From an uncultured bacterium (lineage in GTDB: Bacteria > Babelota > Babeliae > Babelales > Vermiphilaceae): a stretch of DNA of 64,000 nt. A program made the translations under genes and the position numbers. Location of the stretch: the NCBI GenBank assembly GCA_963713925.1, contig OY970212.1:320001-384000 (forward strand). Reading direction: 5' to 3'. Under the pieces are notes generated by a model, which worked only from the letters and a program-made list of their open reading frames with translations, searched no databases and was not told the origin of the DNA. Of the stretch, positions 37,550 through 47,545 are shown piece by piece (position 1 is the stretch's first letter; each line of letters opens with the position of its first letter).

Positions 37550-38113
37550 ATGAAAGGATTTATCATTGGCGCGATACTTGGTTCAATTGCGTTTGGAATA
37601 GTGATCGCTCTTTTTCAACTTGGAGTTTTGCAAATCAATCTTACTCGAGCAAGTCATGTGTTGCCGACTGAGTATCGACGTTCTGAAAAGCAAACAATTA
37701 AGCTGTACATTAAAAAAAACGGATCGTGGTTGAGCGAAAATCTGCATACCGTGTTGAGTGATGATAGGGCGCAAAAAATACACCGAGTAGTGACCCAATG
37801 GCTTCTCTTTGCCTTTGACGAAGGAATGATTGCAAAGCCCGCTCGTGTGCAAACGGTATTTTGGGATGAGAAAAATAATACCTTTTTATTAAGCTTTGAC
37901 CGTTCATTTTTTTCCAAAGAATCATGCCTGCACGATAATCTGATGCTCATTGAGGGATTGCTCAAAACGCTCAAGGATAACAATATGTGTGATGGTTGTA
38001 CTGGGGCCCCCGCACGAAGTGTGGAGTATTTTATTTCTTTTTATATTAACTATCAACCATGGGAAGATCGAAATCTGGATTTTTCCGAGCCATGGCCGGT
38101 ATCGCAATCCTAA
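37550..38113 (+). CDS. Membrane-anchored GerMN-like protein
   Basis: N-terminal TM; lies directly after the amidase gene; VFWD...LSF, LIEGLLKTL, LDFSEPWP. Confidence 0.6.
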   Translation: MKGFIIGAILGSIAFGIVIALFQLGVLQINLTRASHVLPTEYRRSEKQTIKLYIKKNGSWLSENLHTVLSDDRAQKIHRVVTQWLLFAFDEGMIAKPARVQTVFWDEKNNTFLLSFDRSFFSKESCLHDNLMLIEGLLKTLKDNNMCDGCTGAPARSVEYFISFYINYQPWEDRNLDFSEPWPVSQS

Positions 38114-38350
38114 CCATTCTGATTAGAGATCTCATACATGCAGCAATTCGCTTTGATTAATCTTCGAATGTTTGAAGTAACTAAAAAATAGCCACCCGCC
38201 ACTCAAAATTTTCTATTTTTCAATTGATGATAATTTGCATTTGCAAAAAATAAGTTTTTATATTAATTTTACAATAATTACAATTCCTACCAAAAAAACG
38301 GAGATCTGTTTTGCAGCGAGCATTGTATTTCATAAGCAAGGATCTCAAAA

Positions 38351-39250
38351 ATGAAAAAATTGTTAGTTGCGGCAGTAGCCGTATTTCAATTGTCGGCAGT
38401 GCCGACAAACATTTATCAATCAATCCGTTCACAAGCTTTTTGCGAACTCAACAATGATCTTTACCTCAAAAAGGATTACGAGGATCTCTATAAAAACTTC
38501 GGTCTCTTTATAGAAAGCATGGACGCCGATTCCGATTTTTCTGAACAAATTTCAAAGACTGAGCACGAATTTTTGGAGAATATAGAAGTAAAAAACCGTT
38601 ATTGTGCAGCTCCACCGAGTTATCGTGATCCAAGAAGGCACGCCACCAAGCGTCATGACAAAGTCTATTTCCAATTCATCAGCGAGTATTACGATTTCGT
38701 TAAAGAGAAGCATGCTGATTTGCTGATAAAACATCCGGAATTTAAATGTTTCTTGGATGGAATGAAAAGACTTGATACGGTATCTAAGCTGCTTTTTGAG
38801 CAATCCCTTGATCAACTTGAACATGACATTCCAAACATCAAACAAAAGATGTATGAAGGTCACGATCAGTTGACCGTGATCTCAAAAATAGTTCGATATG
38901 AAAAATCGGAAAAGTGGGGAACGACGCCACATTTTGACAAATCGACGCTTACATTGATATGGGATTCAAATGATGAAGACCATGATTGCCTCCTTGTTTG
39001 TAAGGACTCAAACAATTACTCAATGCAAAGTCTTGTCAAACCAGAAAGATTGTATGCGCATCAAGAAGACGCAACTTCAGTTTTGCTTATTACGGGACTT
39101 GCGCTTCCAACTATCGGCATTGATATTAAACCGACATTGCATGGAGTTGCACCTATCAAGTCTGACTATAGATATGCAGTTATTTCCTTCTTATTGGCAC
39201 CGAATCTCGACATGAGTCAAATGAAAACTGATTACGTTGAACAAAAATAA
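38351..39250 (+). CDS. 2OG-Fe(II) oxygenase (IPNS-like) with signal peptide
   Basis: PHFDKS (HxD), LHGV, RYAVISF. Confidence 0.75.
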   Translation: MKKLLVAAVAVFQLSAVPTNIYQSIRSQAFCELNNDLYLKKDYEDLYKNFGLFIESMDADSDFSEQISKTEHEFLENIEVKNRYCAAPPSYRDPRRHATKRHDKVYFQFISEYYDFVKEKHADLLIKHPEFKCFLDGMKRLDTVSKLLFEQSLDQLEHDIPNIKQKMYEGHDQLTVISKIVRYEKSEKWGTTPHFDKSTLTLIWDSNDEDHDCLLVCKDSNNYSMQSLVKPERLYAHQEDATSVLLITGLALPTIGIDIKPTLHGVAPIKSDYRYAVISFLLAPNLDMSQMKTDYVEQK

Positions 39251-39253
39251 TAA

Positions 39254-39754
39254 ATGGTGCATACTCCTTTTTGTCTCACTGTAGGAGTCAAAAAGATGCT
39301 TTTCCCCTCTGCAAAAATCATTTTACGCGATCCGAATGATGCAAATAAAATTCTTCTTATCAAGAGGAATATCAATGGGAAAATTGCGTATGAGCCTGCG
39401 GGAGGAAAGTTGGAAGTCGACTTCAAAAACAAACGTGCGGAAAGTCTTGAAGAATGCGCTTTGCGAGAGGCAAAAGAAGAGCTTGGTGTTTGTGCAAAAA
39501 TAGACAAGTATATAGGAAGTTATCACTTTTTCTGGACAATTGATCCCGATAAATTTTCCTCATGTGCGGTATTTATCGGGACCATTATTTCTCGTGACAA
39601 CGATTTCAAAGCAAATGCTGATACTTGCGAACTTTCAATCGAGCCTGCATGGGTCGACGTCAGCGACATCGTTAGCTCAAAGATTGAGTTCGAGCCATCA
39701 TATGTTGGGCTTAAAGAGACCATTCTTAATTATTTTACTCAGCAAGAGCTTTGA
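39254..39754 (+). CDS. Nudix hydrolase
   Basis: GGKLE...ESLEECALREAKEELG Nudix box with insertion. Confidence 0.88.
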   Translation: MVHTPFCLTVGVKKMLFPSAKIILRDPNDANKILLIKRNINGKIAYEPAGGKLEVDFKNKRAESLEECALREAKEELGVCAKIDKYIGSYHFFWTIDPDKFSSCAVFIGTIISRDNDFKANADTCELSIEPAWVDVSDIVSSKIEFEPSYVGLKETILNYFTQQEL

Positions 39755-39928
39755 AATTTTTTTAAAAAAATTTTTTAATTCATCATCGATAATGTCTGGA
39801 TATTTGATAAGCATTATCGAGCTGAGAAGATTTTTCTTTAGATCCGGTCAAGTGTTTTTTATACATGAAATTGTCGCACAAGGTGTGCAACAATTTCATG
39901 TATTACCAATTTTTAACACTGGAATATT

Positions 39929-41089
39929 TTACTTCTGATTTCTCAAAAAAGATGGAGTATCAAGATCAGAATCATACTGATTCATTGTTTTATCACTCCA
40001 ATCTTTCTGATGAGGAACGCTGTAATCAGGCAAAGGACGTTGTTGCATTGCTTCATGTCCCGAGGCTGCAGGCTCGGCTCGTGTTGCTCCACCTTTTGCT
40101 CTGATTGATGTTGCATGTTGCAATTGTTGTTCACTGTCAAATCCGGTTGCAATCAGAGTCACTGCCACTTCATTTTCCATTGATTCATCAACAACCGCTC
40201 CGATGATAATATGCGCATTCGGGTGAGCTTGATCATGCATAATAGAAGCGATTTCGCTGATTTCATGCAATGCCAAATCCATGCCGCCTGTGATGTTTAA
40301 TAATATTCCCTGAGCTCCCGCGATGCTCATATTTTCCAGCAATGGAGAGTTGATTGCTTGCATTGCAACTCTTTGAGCGCGATCAGCTCCGGTTGCGCGT
40401 GAAGTTCCCATGACTGCGATGCCGCGCGATTGCATGATCGTTTTGACATCGGCAAAATCAACGTTGATGTGGCCCGGTTTGGTGATAATATCTGAAATTC
40501 CTTTGACTGATTGTCCAAGCACTTCATTGATACGCGCGAAGGCTTCAATCATTGATACTTTTTGATCAACTGATTCAAGGAGTTTTTGATTTGGAATGAT
40601 AATGAGCGTATCAACATCTTTTATAAGCAGTTCTATTGCTTGATTTGCAATGGTGGCACGTCGTTTGCCTTCAAATGCAAATGGCTTTGTCACGACGGCG
40701 ATGGTCAAAATGCCGCGCTCTTTGAGTGTGTGAGCAATAACAGGAAGTGCTCCCGATCCGGTGCCGCCGCCCATGCCCCCGGTTAAAAATACGATATCGG
40801 CATCGCCGGCAACATCAAGCACTTTATCAATATCTTCTTCAGCTGCGCGTTTTCCCACTTCCGGGTTAGCGCCCGCGCCAAGACCTTTACTCGCCTTGAT
40901 TCCCAATTGTATTTTGTGATCAGCTTTGGAATTTTCAAGCGCTTGCACATCGGTGTTTGCAACAACGTAATCAATTCCTGAATATCCGGATTCGATAATA
41001 CTGTTAACGGTATTTCCGCCGGCTCCGCCCACTCCAATGACTTTAATGCGTGCAACCGGACGTTCAAGTTCTTGCAATAATTCGATCAT
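39929..41089 (-). CDS. ftsZ: Cell division protein FtsZ
   Basis: GVGGAGGN, NTD, GMGGGTGSG, NVDFAD, C-terminal DTPSFLR. Confidence 0.98.
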   Translation of the reverse strand: MIELLQELERPVARIKVIGVGGAGGNTVNSIIESGYSGIDYVVANTDVQALENSKADHKIQLGIKASKGLGAGANPEVGKRAAEEDIDKVLDVAGDADIVFLTGGMGGGTGSGALPVIAHTLKERGILTIAVVTKPFAFEGKRRATIANQAIELLIKDVDTLIIIPNQKLLESVDQKVSMIEAFARINEVLGQSVKGISDIITKPGHINVDFADVKTIMQSRGIAVMGTSRATGADRAQRVAMQAINSPLLENMSIAGAQGILLNITGGMDLALHEISEIASIMHDQAHPNAHIIIGAVVDESMENEVAVTLIATGFDSEQQLQHATSIRAKGGATRAEPAASGHEAMQQRPLPDYSVPHQKDWSDKTMNQYDSDLDTPSFLRNQK

Positions 41090-41176
41090 ATAAGCTCCTT
41101 TATACCCACACTACACTTTGTGTTTACCCAAATTTCGCTTTCGTTCTCTTTGGGGCCGTTTCATGTGGAACCTTGT

Positions 41177-42409
41177 TTAAAAAAAATCATTTATCCATGA
41201 TTTCATTCGTGAAAATATTCTTTTTACTAATGGGCCGGATAAAGCATTCATTGTTTCATGTGTTTGTTTCTTAATCATATGAACGAGCAAGCCGTAACCG
41301 GTTGCGTATTGAGGGTTTTGCAGCAGAGCATGTTCTGCCGTTTCTATCCGAGGAATTCCAACACGCACGGGACAGCGGAATATTTGCGTAGCGAGCGTGG
41401 TGATTCCCGGAAGCAAGGCCCCGCCGCCGGTTAATACGAGCCCCGAATGTAGGCAATGCTGCAGATTATGTTTTATGATGTCATTATGTATGAGATGCAA
41501 CAGTTCCGTTGCTCGCGATTGCAATATTTCTATGATATCCGAGCGGTATGCTTGTTGGGTGCCGCGTCCGTGAGCAAGAGAGATTTCGATAAGCTCATCC
41601 CGTTCAAGCAATGAAAGCATTGCCATCCCATATTCTCGCTTAATTCGTTCTGCGTCGACTATAGTGGTGCGCAAGCAGGTGGCCAGATCATAAGTAAAAT
41701 GGTTTCCAGCAATCGGCAGCACCATAGTATGCACGATAGAGCCATTTTTGTAGAGCGCCAAGTCTGAGGTACCGCCACCGATATCAAGCATCGCAACTCC
41801 AAGATCTCGCTCGTCTTCAGATAACACAGCATCGGCTGAAGCGAGTTGTTCAAGGATGATATCTGTCACTTGCACTCCTGAAGCGGTCACGCAACTGAGG
41901 ACATTTTGAACGGAAGTAACTCCGCCAACAATAATATGCGCTTGCACTTCCAACCGTACGCCATGCATACCGATAGGATCTTGCACGCTTTGTTCGTCAT
42001 CAATAATGTAGTATTGCGGAATCACGTGTAAAATTTGTTCGCCTTGTGCCAATGAAATAGCTTTTGCTGCTGCTAGAGCTTGGGCAATGTCATATTCACT
42101 GATTTCTCGGTGTTTGACCGGAACAACGCCATGAGAATTTAACGAGTGGATATGGCTACCCGACACGCCGACACTTGCCGATTCAATAGTGAGTCCTGCC
42201 ATGAGTTCAGCTTCTTTAACGGCACTTTTTATAGATTGAATTGTTTTGGCCACATCAACGACAACCCCCTTTTTTAAACCTTCCGAAGGGGATCTTCCAA
42301 TGCCGATAATTTCTATATGATTATCTATCAATTGGCACACAAGAACGGAAATTTTAGTGGTTCCGACATCTATTGAGACATACAAAGGCCCGGTGATTAT
42401 ATTAGCCAT
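41177..42409 (-). CDS. ftsA: Cell division protein FtsA
   Basis: DVGTTKI, DIGGGTSD, LTGGG, C-terminal amphipathic SWINDFF; AGGAG then ATG 42409. Confidence 0.95.
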   Translation of the reverse strand: MANIITGPLYVSIDVGTTKISVLVCQLIDNHIEIIGIGRSPSEGLKKGVVVDVAKTIQSIKSAVKEAELMAGLTIESASVGVSGSHIHSLNSHGVVPVKHREISEYDIAQALAAAKAISLAQGEQILHVIPQYYIIDDEQSVQDPIGMHGVRLEVQAHIIVGGVTSVQNVLSCVTASGVQVTDIILEQLASADAVLSEDERDLGVAMLDIGGGTSDLALYKNGSIVHTMVLPIAGNHFTYDLATCLRTTIVDAERIKREYGMAMLSLLERDELIEISLAHGRGTQQAYRSDIIEILQSRATELLHLIHNDIIKHNLQHCLHSGLVLTGGGALLPGITTLATQIFRCPVRVGIPRIETAEHALLQNPQYATGYGLLVHMIKKQTHETMNALSGPLVKRIFSRMKSWINDFF

Positions 42410-43271
42410 AGATGTCTCCTTTAGACCCATGCTCGCTTGGGGCACAAATACTTTCACCCAAACTTTGCTTTGCTTCCGCCGTCGCCTGTTGGCTATGGCG
42501 TGACAGGCCGCATGGGATACGGCTATCGGGGCCCCCATGTGCAACAGGGGTTAAATTTTTTAATTCATAGAGAATGACCTGGTTATCAAACCTCACATCA
42601 GCGATCCATTGGTTTTTTTTAGTGCGTGATGATCGGACCTGTTGATTTTTTTCAAGGAAGATGTTGTTAATGGCGTGTAAAAGGTCTTGAGTGAGAAGAA
42701 TGTCTGCGCAGGTAAGAATTGAGTTGTTATTGTTTATTTGATCATGAAGGAAAAATGCATGATCTCCTTTATATTCAACGGTATATCGTTCTCTTATCTG
42801 TTCGTACGCATGATTGATAAAAGAAAGAAGCGGTTGTGTATCGGCAATAGAATCGGGTGAAAGGGCGGTGTAAATGCAGGGCAGGGCTGTTCTTCTTGTC
42901 ACACAATAATGTTCAGCCGGAACAAGAAGCCCCTGGCTCGTTATGCAGTGAGTATTGCCAAGGCAGGCAACCGGTTTTTGTGCACTATAGGTTATGTGAT
43001 AAATCCCGGGAGCCATCATTCTTATTGCGCATGTATGTAAAAAGGGAAATTCATTTTTAATAGCCGATATACTATCGTCACTGTTGAGTAAGGGTGCAGC
43101 TCTTTTTATAAAAGCATTGATGGTAGAGCGTGTTTCATACGCGAGGGTGTAATCGTGCTCTATGCGGAGTTGCTCGGCCCCGATTGGTTTTCTTAAAAAA
43201 TGAAACGCATACAGGCCGGTAGCAATGCAGCATGCAACACTGAAACAGAATATACTTTTTTGTATTCCCAT
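42402..43271 (-). CDS. ftsQ: Divergent FtsQ/DivIB with repeat-derived C-terminal extension
   Basis: N-terminal TM, POTRA-like segment, ADVRFDNQV; position upstream of ftsA-ftsZ. Confidence 0.65.
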   Translation of the reverse strand: MGIQKSIFCFSVACCIATGLYAFHFLRKPIGAEQLRIEHDYTLAYETRSTINAFIKRAAPLLNSDDSISAIKNEFPFLHTCAIRMMAPGIYHITYSAQKPVACLGNTHCITSQGLLVPAEHYCVTRRTALPCIYTALSPDSIADTQPLLSFINHAYEQIRERYTVEYKGDHAFFLHDQINNNNSILTCADILLTQDLLHAINNIFLEKNQQVRSSRTKKNQWIADVRFDNQVILYELKNLTPVAHGGPDSRIPCGLSRHSQQATAEAKQSLGESICAPSEHGSKGDIYG

Positions 43272-43407
43272 GAGTTCCCCAACCCTCTTTCTGTTCTTTT
43301 TTCTACTTTTTTTATGATCAAAAAGTCAATATAATTGAAAAAGACATAGAAATATTTTTACTTTTACCCCCAATGTGAAACATTTTAGTTTCCTCGTTTT
43401 GTTTTCG

Positions 43408-43500
43408 GAGTCCCCGTGCGGATTCGGGGTCCCCATACTTGGGTATGGGGTGAAAATTCGGGGCCCCCGTGCCTTGGCATGGGGTATGGGCTTGGGGTAT
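43408..43500 (+). repeat. Stacked mini-hairpin repeats upstream of rlmB
   Basis: ggggtccccatacttgggtatggggtg and ggggcccccgtgccttggcatggggtat, plus partial copies. Confidence 0.75.
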
Positions 43501-43514
43501 ATTTTGGAGTTAAT

Positions 43515-44258
43515 ATGGCGCAGCAACCTCGTGTTGACGGAGAAATTGTGTATGGGATCAATCCCATCGTTGAACTTTTGCAGGCGAAGCGACGCAAGCT
43601 TATTAGTCTGTATACGACAAAGCCAACTCCGAAATCATGGTCAAAAATTGAACAGTTAATTTCGGGGCGCTCAGTGCAAGTCAAATTTGTCTCAAAAGAT
43701 CAGCTCGCTTCCTTGGCAGGCACAACAGATCATCAAGGGGTTGTCGGTATTGCCCAAAAGATGACATTCCGTTCAAAACCTTTTACTCCTGAGACTGCGC
43801 CACTATTGGTGCTTCTTGATGGGATTCAAGATCCTCGCAATATCGGAGCTATTTTACGCTCGGTCTATTGCTCCGGGTTTTCGGGCGTCATTATTCCTCA
43901 AAAAAACAGTGCTCCGCTCAATGCAGTCGCGCTCAAATCTTCAGCCGGGCTGGCCGAGCATCTGCAGATTTATACACCGGCAAGTTCAGCTGTTGCTGTG
44001 CAAGAGTTAAAAAAAGCGGGATATCAGATCTATTTGGCTGCTTTTAACGGCGAAAATGCGGCAACACTCGAATATAAAAAACCATTATGCTTAGTCATCG
44101 GCAGCGAAGGGTCGGGCATCGACCAATCACTATTAAAAGCAGGCACGCAGGTGACGCTTCCCCAAGTGAATGCGCAAGTCTCTTACAATGCCTCCGTTGC
44201 GGCCGGTATTTTGCTCTTCTTGATTGCAATGCAACAGAGGTCTATTGCTATCCCCTGA
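43515..44258 (+). CDS. rlmB: 23S rRNA Gm2251 methyltransferase (SpoU/TrmH family)
   Basis: YGINPI, HQGV, DPRNIGAILRS, IGSEG, SYNASVA; GGAG then ATG 43515. Confidence 0.9.
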   Translation: MAQQPRVDGEIVYGINPIVELLQAKRRKLISLYTTKPTPKSWSKIEQLISGRSVQVKFVSKDQLASLAGTTDHQGVVGIAQKMTFRSKPFTPETAPLLVLLDGIQDPRNIGAILRSVYCSGFSGVIIPQKNSAPLNAVALKSSAGLAEHLQIYTPASSAVAVQELKKAGYQIYLAAFNGENAATLEYKKPLCLVIGSEGSGIDQSLLKAGTQVTLPQVNAQVSYNASVAAGILLFLIAMQQRSIAIP

Positions 44259-44307
44259 CCTATGAATCCGAATTTTCGTCGAAAGAGATGGCAAGACGAC
44301 GCTCTGC

Positions 44308-45735
44308 TTAAAAGCGAGCATCAACATTTACCCAAACGGAAACAATGCTTGCAGAGTTTTTATTTGCAGCGCCTTCGTATGATACATTAACACCAAAATC
44401 GAAACAGTCGCCATGATAGCCGATAGAACCAAATACCCCATTGGTACATGATGCCGCCTGTGCACCACTACACACGTTTATATTTTTTGCAGTTTCGAGT
44501 GTGTATGTCGGGTCACGTGGCATTTGGAATTCATTTGGATAGACACCTTCAGAAATGGTTGCTGCGCTTGAGCTCGTAACTGTGACAGGCATAGCGTTAG
44601 CAAGTTGCGCAATGCCGACAAGATCAGCAATACCGACAGCAGGGAGGCTGATGCAAGGGTCAACTTTTTCTGCTTGACGATACCAGAAATTATAGCCAAC
44701 TTCGAAAATGGCGTTGCGATGTTCAACGTGTACTGCCAAAAGGAGATCAACCGCATTGCGAGGAGTAACATCCGTTTTAAACGTAAGAACATTAATAGCG
44801 GGGAATGGAGTTGCGACTGCCGTTGGTGTTGTGAATAACAGGTAGCGTGACCATTGACCATTTGGTGTTAAATCAAATGATCGTAATTCTCGCGCCCTAC
44901 AACCATAACGCCATTTGAACTCGCCATAGAATGAAAAATAGTCACATCCGCAGAAGCCAAACGATTTCTCAGCATTACATCCAAGTCCAACTTGTGTATG
45001 CCTTGACCCGACAAGTGGCTCGAATAAATAGCGCGCTTGTGAGCCGCGTCCGGTCGGCACTCCGACTAATGCATAGATATCAGCAAAAAATGATTCCCCA
45101 CATGACCAGAAATTCTTGAGCAATTTTATTTGCAGATCATCAACACCACCTTTTGAGACCGTGCCACAAATTCTACCATAGTTCAAATCTGCATTTGCGA
45201 AAGCTTGTGTTACGGTAGCAAATCCGGGTGCTTGTCCAATATCGCCGGAAATAATGCCTTGCTCGCAAATATGTATATTATTTTTACGTTGTATTGCAGC
45301 AGTGTTTATGGTTATCGCAAAATCTGCAGGCAACATCCATGCCAAATAGAGCAGAGCGCCATAGGTCTTTTGTATCGGGTGAAAGGAGAGTGTTGAAGAA
45401 TAAAAGGTCCCCGGAGCAGAAATGACTTGGAACCATAATGGATCAATGTTACCTGAACCATTTTCTTGTACATTCATTGAGCATGCGTGATTGATGTTAA
45501 AATATTTTTTGATTGAGCTCCCGACCGTTTGAGTGTAAATAGGCTTGACTGAAAATAAAAACTGCTCATCCATGTGCGCATATTCATTAAAGACAAGTGC
45601 ATTTTCATAGATAGGGTTATAAGCCATTTGCCGTGGTACAAAGATAGTATGTGCATAGCAATCTGCCCGTAGGAGTTGAGCGTGGTTCACGAGTGCAATG
45701 AGCGCAAGTGTATATTTTGAAATAAAGATTTTCAT
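44308..45735 (-). CDS. Putative Cys-rich outer-membrane beta-barrel protein, paralog of 28180..29814
   Basis: FEPLVG, RSFDL, WSRY, EVGYNF shared; ends VWVNVDARF. Confidence 0.7.
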   Translation of the reverse strand: MKIFISKYTLALIALVNHAQLLRADCYAHTIFVPRQMAYNPIYENALVFNEYAHMDEQFLFSVKPIYTQTVGSSIKKYFNINHACSMNVQENGSGNIDPLWFQVISAPGTFYSSTLSFHPIQKTYGALLYLAWMLPADFAITINTAAIQRKNNIHICEQGIISGDIGQAPGFATVTQAFANADLNYGRICGTVSKGGVDDLQIKLLKNFWSCGESFFADIYALVGVPTGRGSQARYLFEPLVGSRHTQVGLGCNAEKSFGFCGCDYFSFYGEFKWRYGCRARELRSFDLTPNGQWSRYLLFTTPTAVATPFPAINVLTFKTDVTPRNAVDLLLAVHVEHRNAIFEVGYNFWYRQAEKVDPCISLPAVGIADLVGIAQLANAMPVTVTSSSAATISEGVYPNEFQMPRDPTYTLETAKNINVCSGAQAASCTNGVFGSIGYHGDCFDFGVNVSYEGAANKNSASIVSVWVNVDARF

Positions 45736-45747
45736 GATAATTTTCCT

Positions 45748-46977
45748 TTACAAGAGCGGTCCGTATTTTTGTTGGAGTAGTGTCACGAAAGGAGTTGCGG
45801 GTGGTGGGGTAGGTGCAGGAGTTGCATAAAATGTTGCATAAGCATTAGCATCGTTAGAATCGAGCCACGTCGCTATAAAGCCTTGAGTATTCGCACTCAA
45901 TCCAACCGGGCCTCCGATAGTTGTTGATGTGAGAGATAAAATAGAACATACTGGTGCCCAATTGAATCCATTGTTATTGGAAAGAGTCCACACTGGCGAT
46001 CCGGGGCTACCCTGACTAGCGCCAACAACCCAAGTTGACATAAATCCGGCATGATTTGCTGCAACCCATGGACCGGCATCAGGGTTAGCTGGTGATGATG
46101 TAAGTAATGAAAATACCCCCCAATTGGAAGGAATAGTAGCTGTGGCGAAAATCGTTACGCCCGAGCCTTCATTGGCTCGCGCAGCAGTCATAAAATATCC
46201 ATTTTGTTCTGCGACAATAGGAACGCTTTCAAAAAAACCTACCGCGACTATGGGATACGCGGTTGTGGAGGAAAAGGGATTGATTGATCCAAAATAGGCT
46301 GAAACGGTTGCTAGCGTTTGTGTGATCCAGCTTAACATGCAGCTATTTCCAGCCAGGGCTACGCACACGAATCCCCTTGTTGTTTGTGAGTTCCAATTTT
46401 GATTATAGACAGAGCCATCATTGGTCACTTGGGCAGGCGTGCTCCACGCACTGGTTCCCGTTGAAAAAGCCACGTAAGCGTTGTCATCAGCCCCGATCAT
46501 GGCGGCAACAAAACCTGCGGAACTTCCACCGACAAAAACATCGGAGTTGGAATTGAGTGCCAATGTGTTGGGATTTATTTGGAGTTTACCGCTCCACGTT
46601 GTGCCACTATCAGCAGAAAAACTTGACCAGCCATTATTTGAACTATCTATCCATGTTACTATAAAACCGACGCTGTTACCCGCCACAAAAACGTCTGACG
46701 AGGAAGCAACTTCTCCTTGCGCGGGCCCAACTAAACCACCATGCCACGTAATTCCATCAGGCGAAAAACTATAATTTGCATTGTTGGAAGAATCTGCCCA
46801 CACGGCCATAAATCCCGCTGGGGTGGCAGCAGAAAATATATTACTTGTTATGTTGCCGGAGTTACTTATGTTAACAGGAACAGCCCAGGGCGTAGTTGGA
46901 GCGCATGCCGCATCTAAAAGTGATGAAAAAAAACAGAAAGCAACCAACAAATTCGATAGGTATTCACTATGTACCAT
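45748..46977 (-). CDS. Secreted beta-propeller-like protein with Asp-box (BNR)-like repeats
   Basis: Repeated GF.A.W.D and SxDG.TW / SADSGTTW / SNNNGFNW. Confidence 0.7.
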   Translation of the reverse strand: MVHSEYLSNLLVAFCFFSSLLDAACAPTTPWAVPVNISNSGNITSNIFSAATPAGFMAVWADSSNNANYSFSPDGITWHGGLVGPAQGEVASSSDVFVAGNSVGFIVTWIDSSNNGWSSFSADSGTTWSGKLQINPNTLALNSNSDVFVGGSSAGFVAAMIGADDNAYVAFSTGTSAWSTPAQVTNDGSVYNQNWNSQTTRGFVCVALAGNSCMLSWITQTLATVSAYFGSINPFSSTTAYPIVAVGFFESVPIVAEQNGYFMTAARANEGSGVTIFATATIPSNWGVFSLLTSSPANPDAGPWVAANHAGFMSTWVVGASQGSPGSPVWTLSNNNGFNWAPVCSILSLTSTTIGGPVGLSANTQGFIATWLDSNDANAYATFYATPAPTPPPATPFVTLLQQKYGPLL

Positions 46978-47140
46978 TATACAACCTTCTTTGCCAATGT
47001 AGTTACGTAAATAAAAGCATTACAGGGTTGATATACCAAACAGAGAGTAATGTGTGCAAGAAAACTAACTCTTTTTTGTAGACCGGGCTTTTCTTTGAAA
47101 CTTCTTGTCCAACTTTTCAATTGTCTTATCGCTCAAGAAG

Positions 47141-47545
47141 ATTTTGCGCCTTGTCTATTGTTCCGGGTTTTCGGGCGCCATTATCCCTCAAAAAAACAGC
47201 GCTCGGCTCAACGCAGTCGCACTCAAATCTTCAGCCGGACTGGCCGAGCATCTGCAGATATATACACCGGCGAGTTCAGCCGTTGCTGTGCAAGAGTTAA
47301 AAAAAGCGGGATATCAGATCTATTTGGCAGCTTTTAATGGCGAAAATGCGGCAACCATCGAATACCGAAAACCATTATGCTTAGTCATCGGCAGCGAAGG
47401 GTCGGGCATCGATCAATCATTATTAAAAGCAGGGACACAGGTGACGCTTCCGCAAGTGAATACGCAGGTCTCTTATAACGCTTCCGTTGCGGCCGGTATT
47501 TTGCTTTTCTTGATTGCAATGCAACAGAAGTCTATCGGTAGTTGA
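47141..47545 (+). pseudogene. rlmB: 5'-truncated duplicate of the rlmB 3' half
   Basis: 47141-47535 closely matches 43851-44245; lacks the N-terminal domain and DPRN motif. Confidence 0.85.

Noticed and set aside
42410..42544. Long N-terminus of FtsA in the ORF track
   Set aside because: Repeat-derived and overlapping ftsQ; a clear AGGAG precedes ATG 42409.
43408..43500. Possible CRISPR array in the clustered GGGGTAT-type repeats
   Set aside because: No constant repeat with regular unique spacers and no cas genes; these are stacked mini-hairpin elements.
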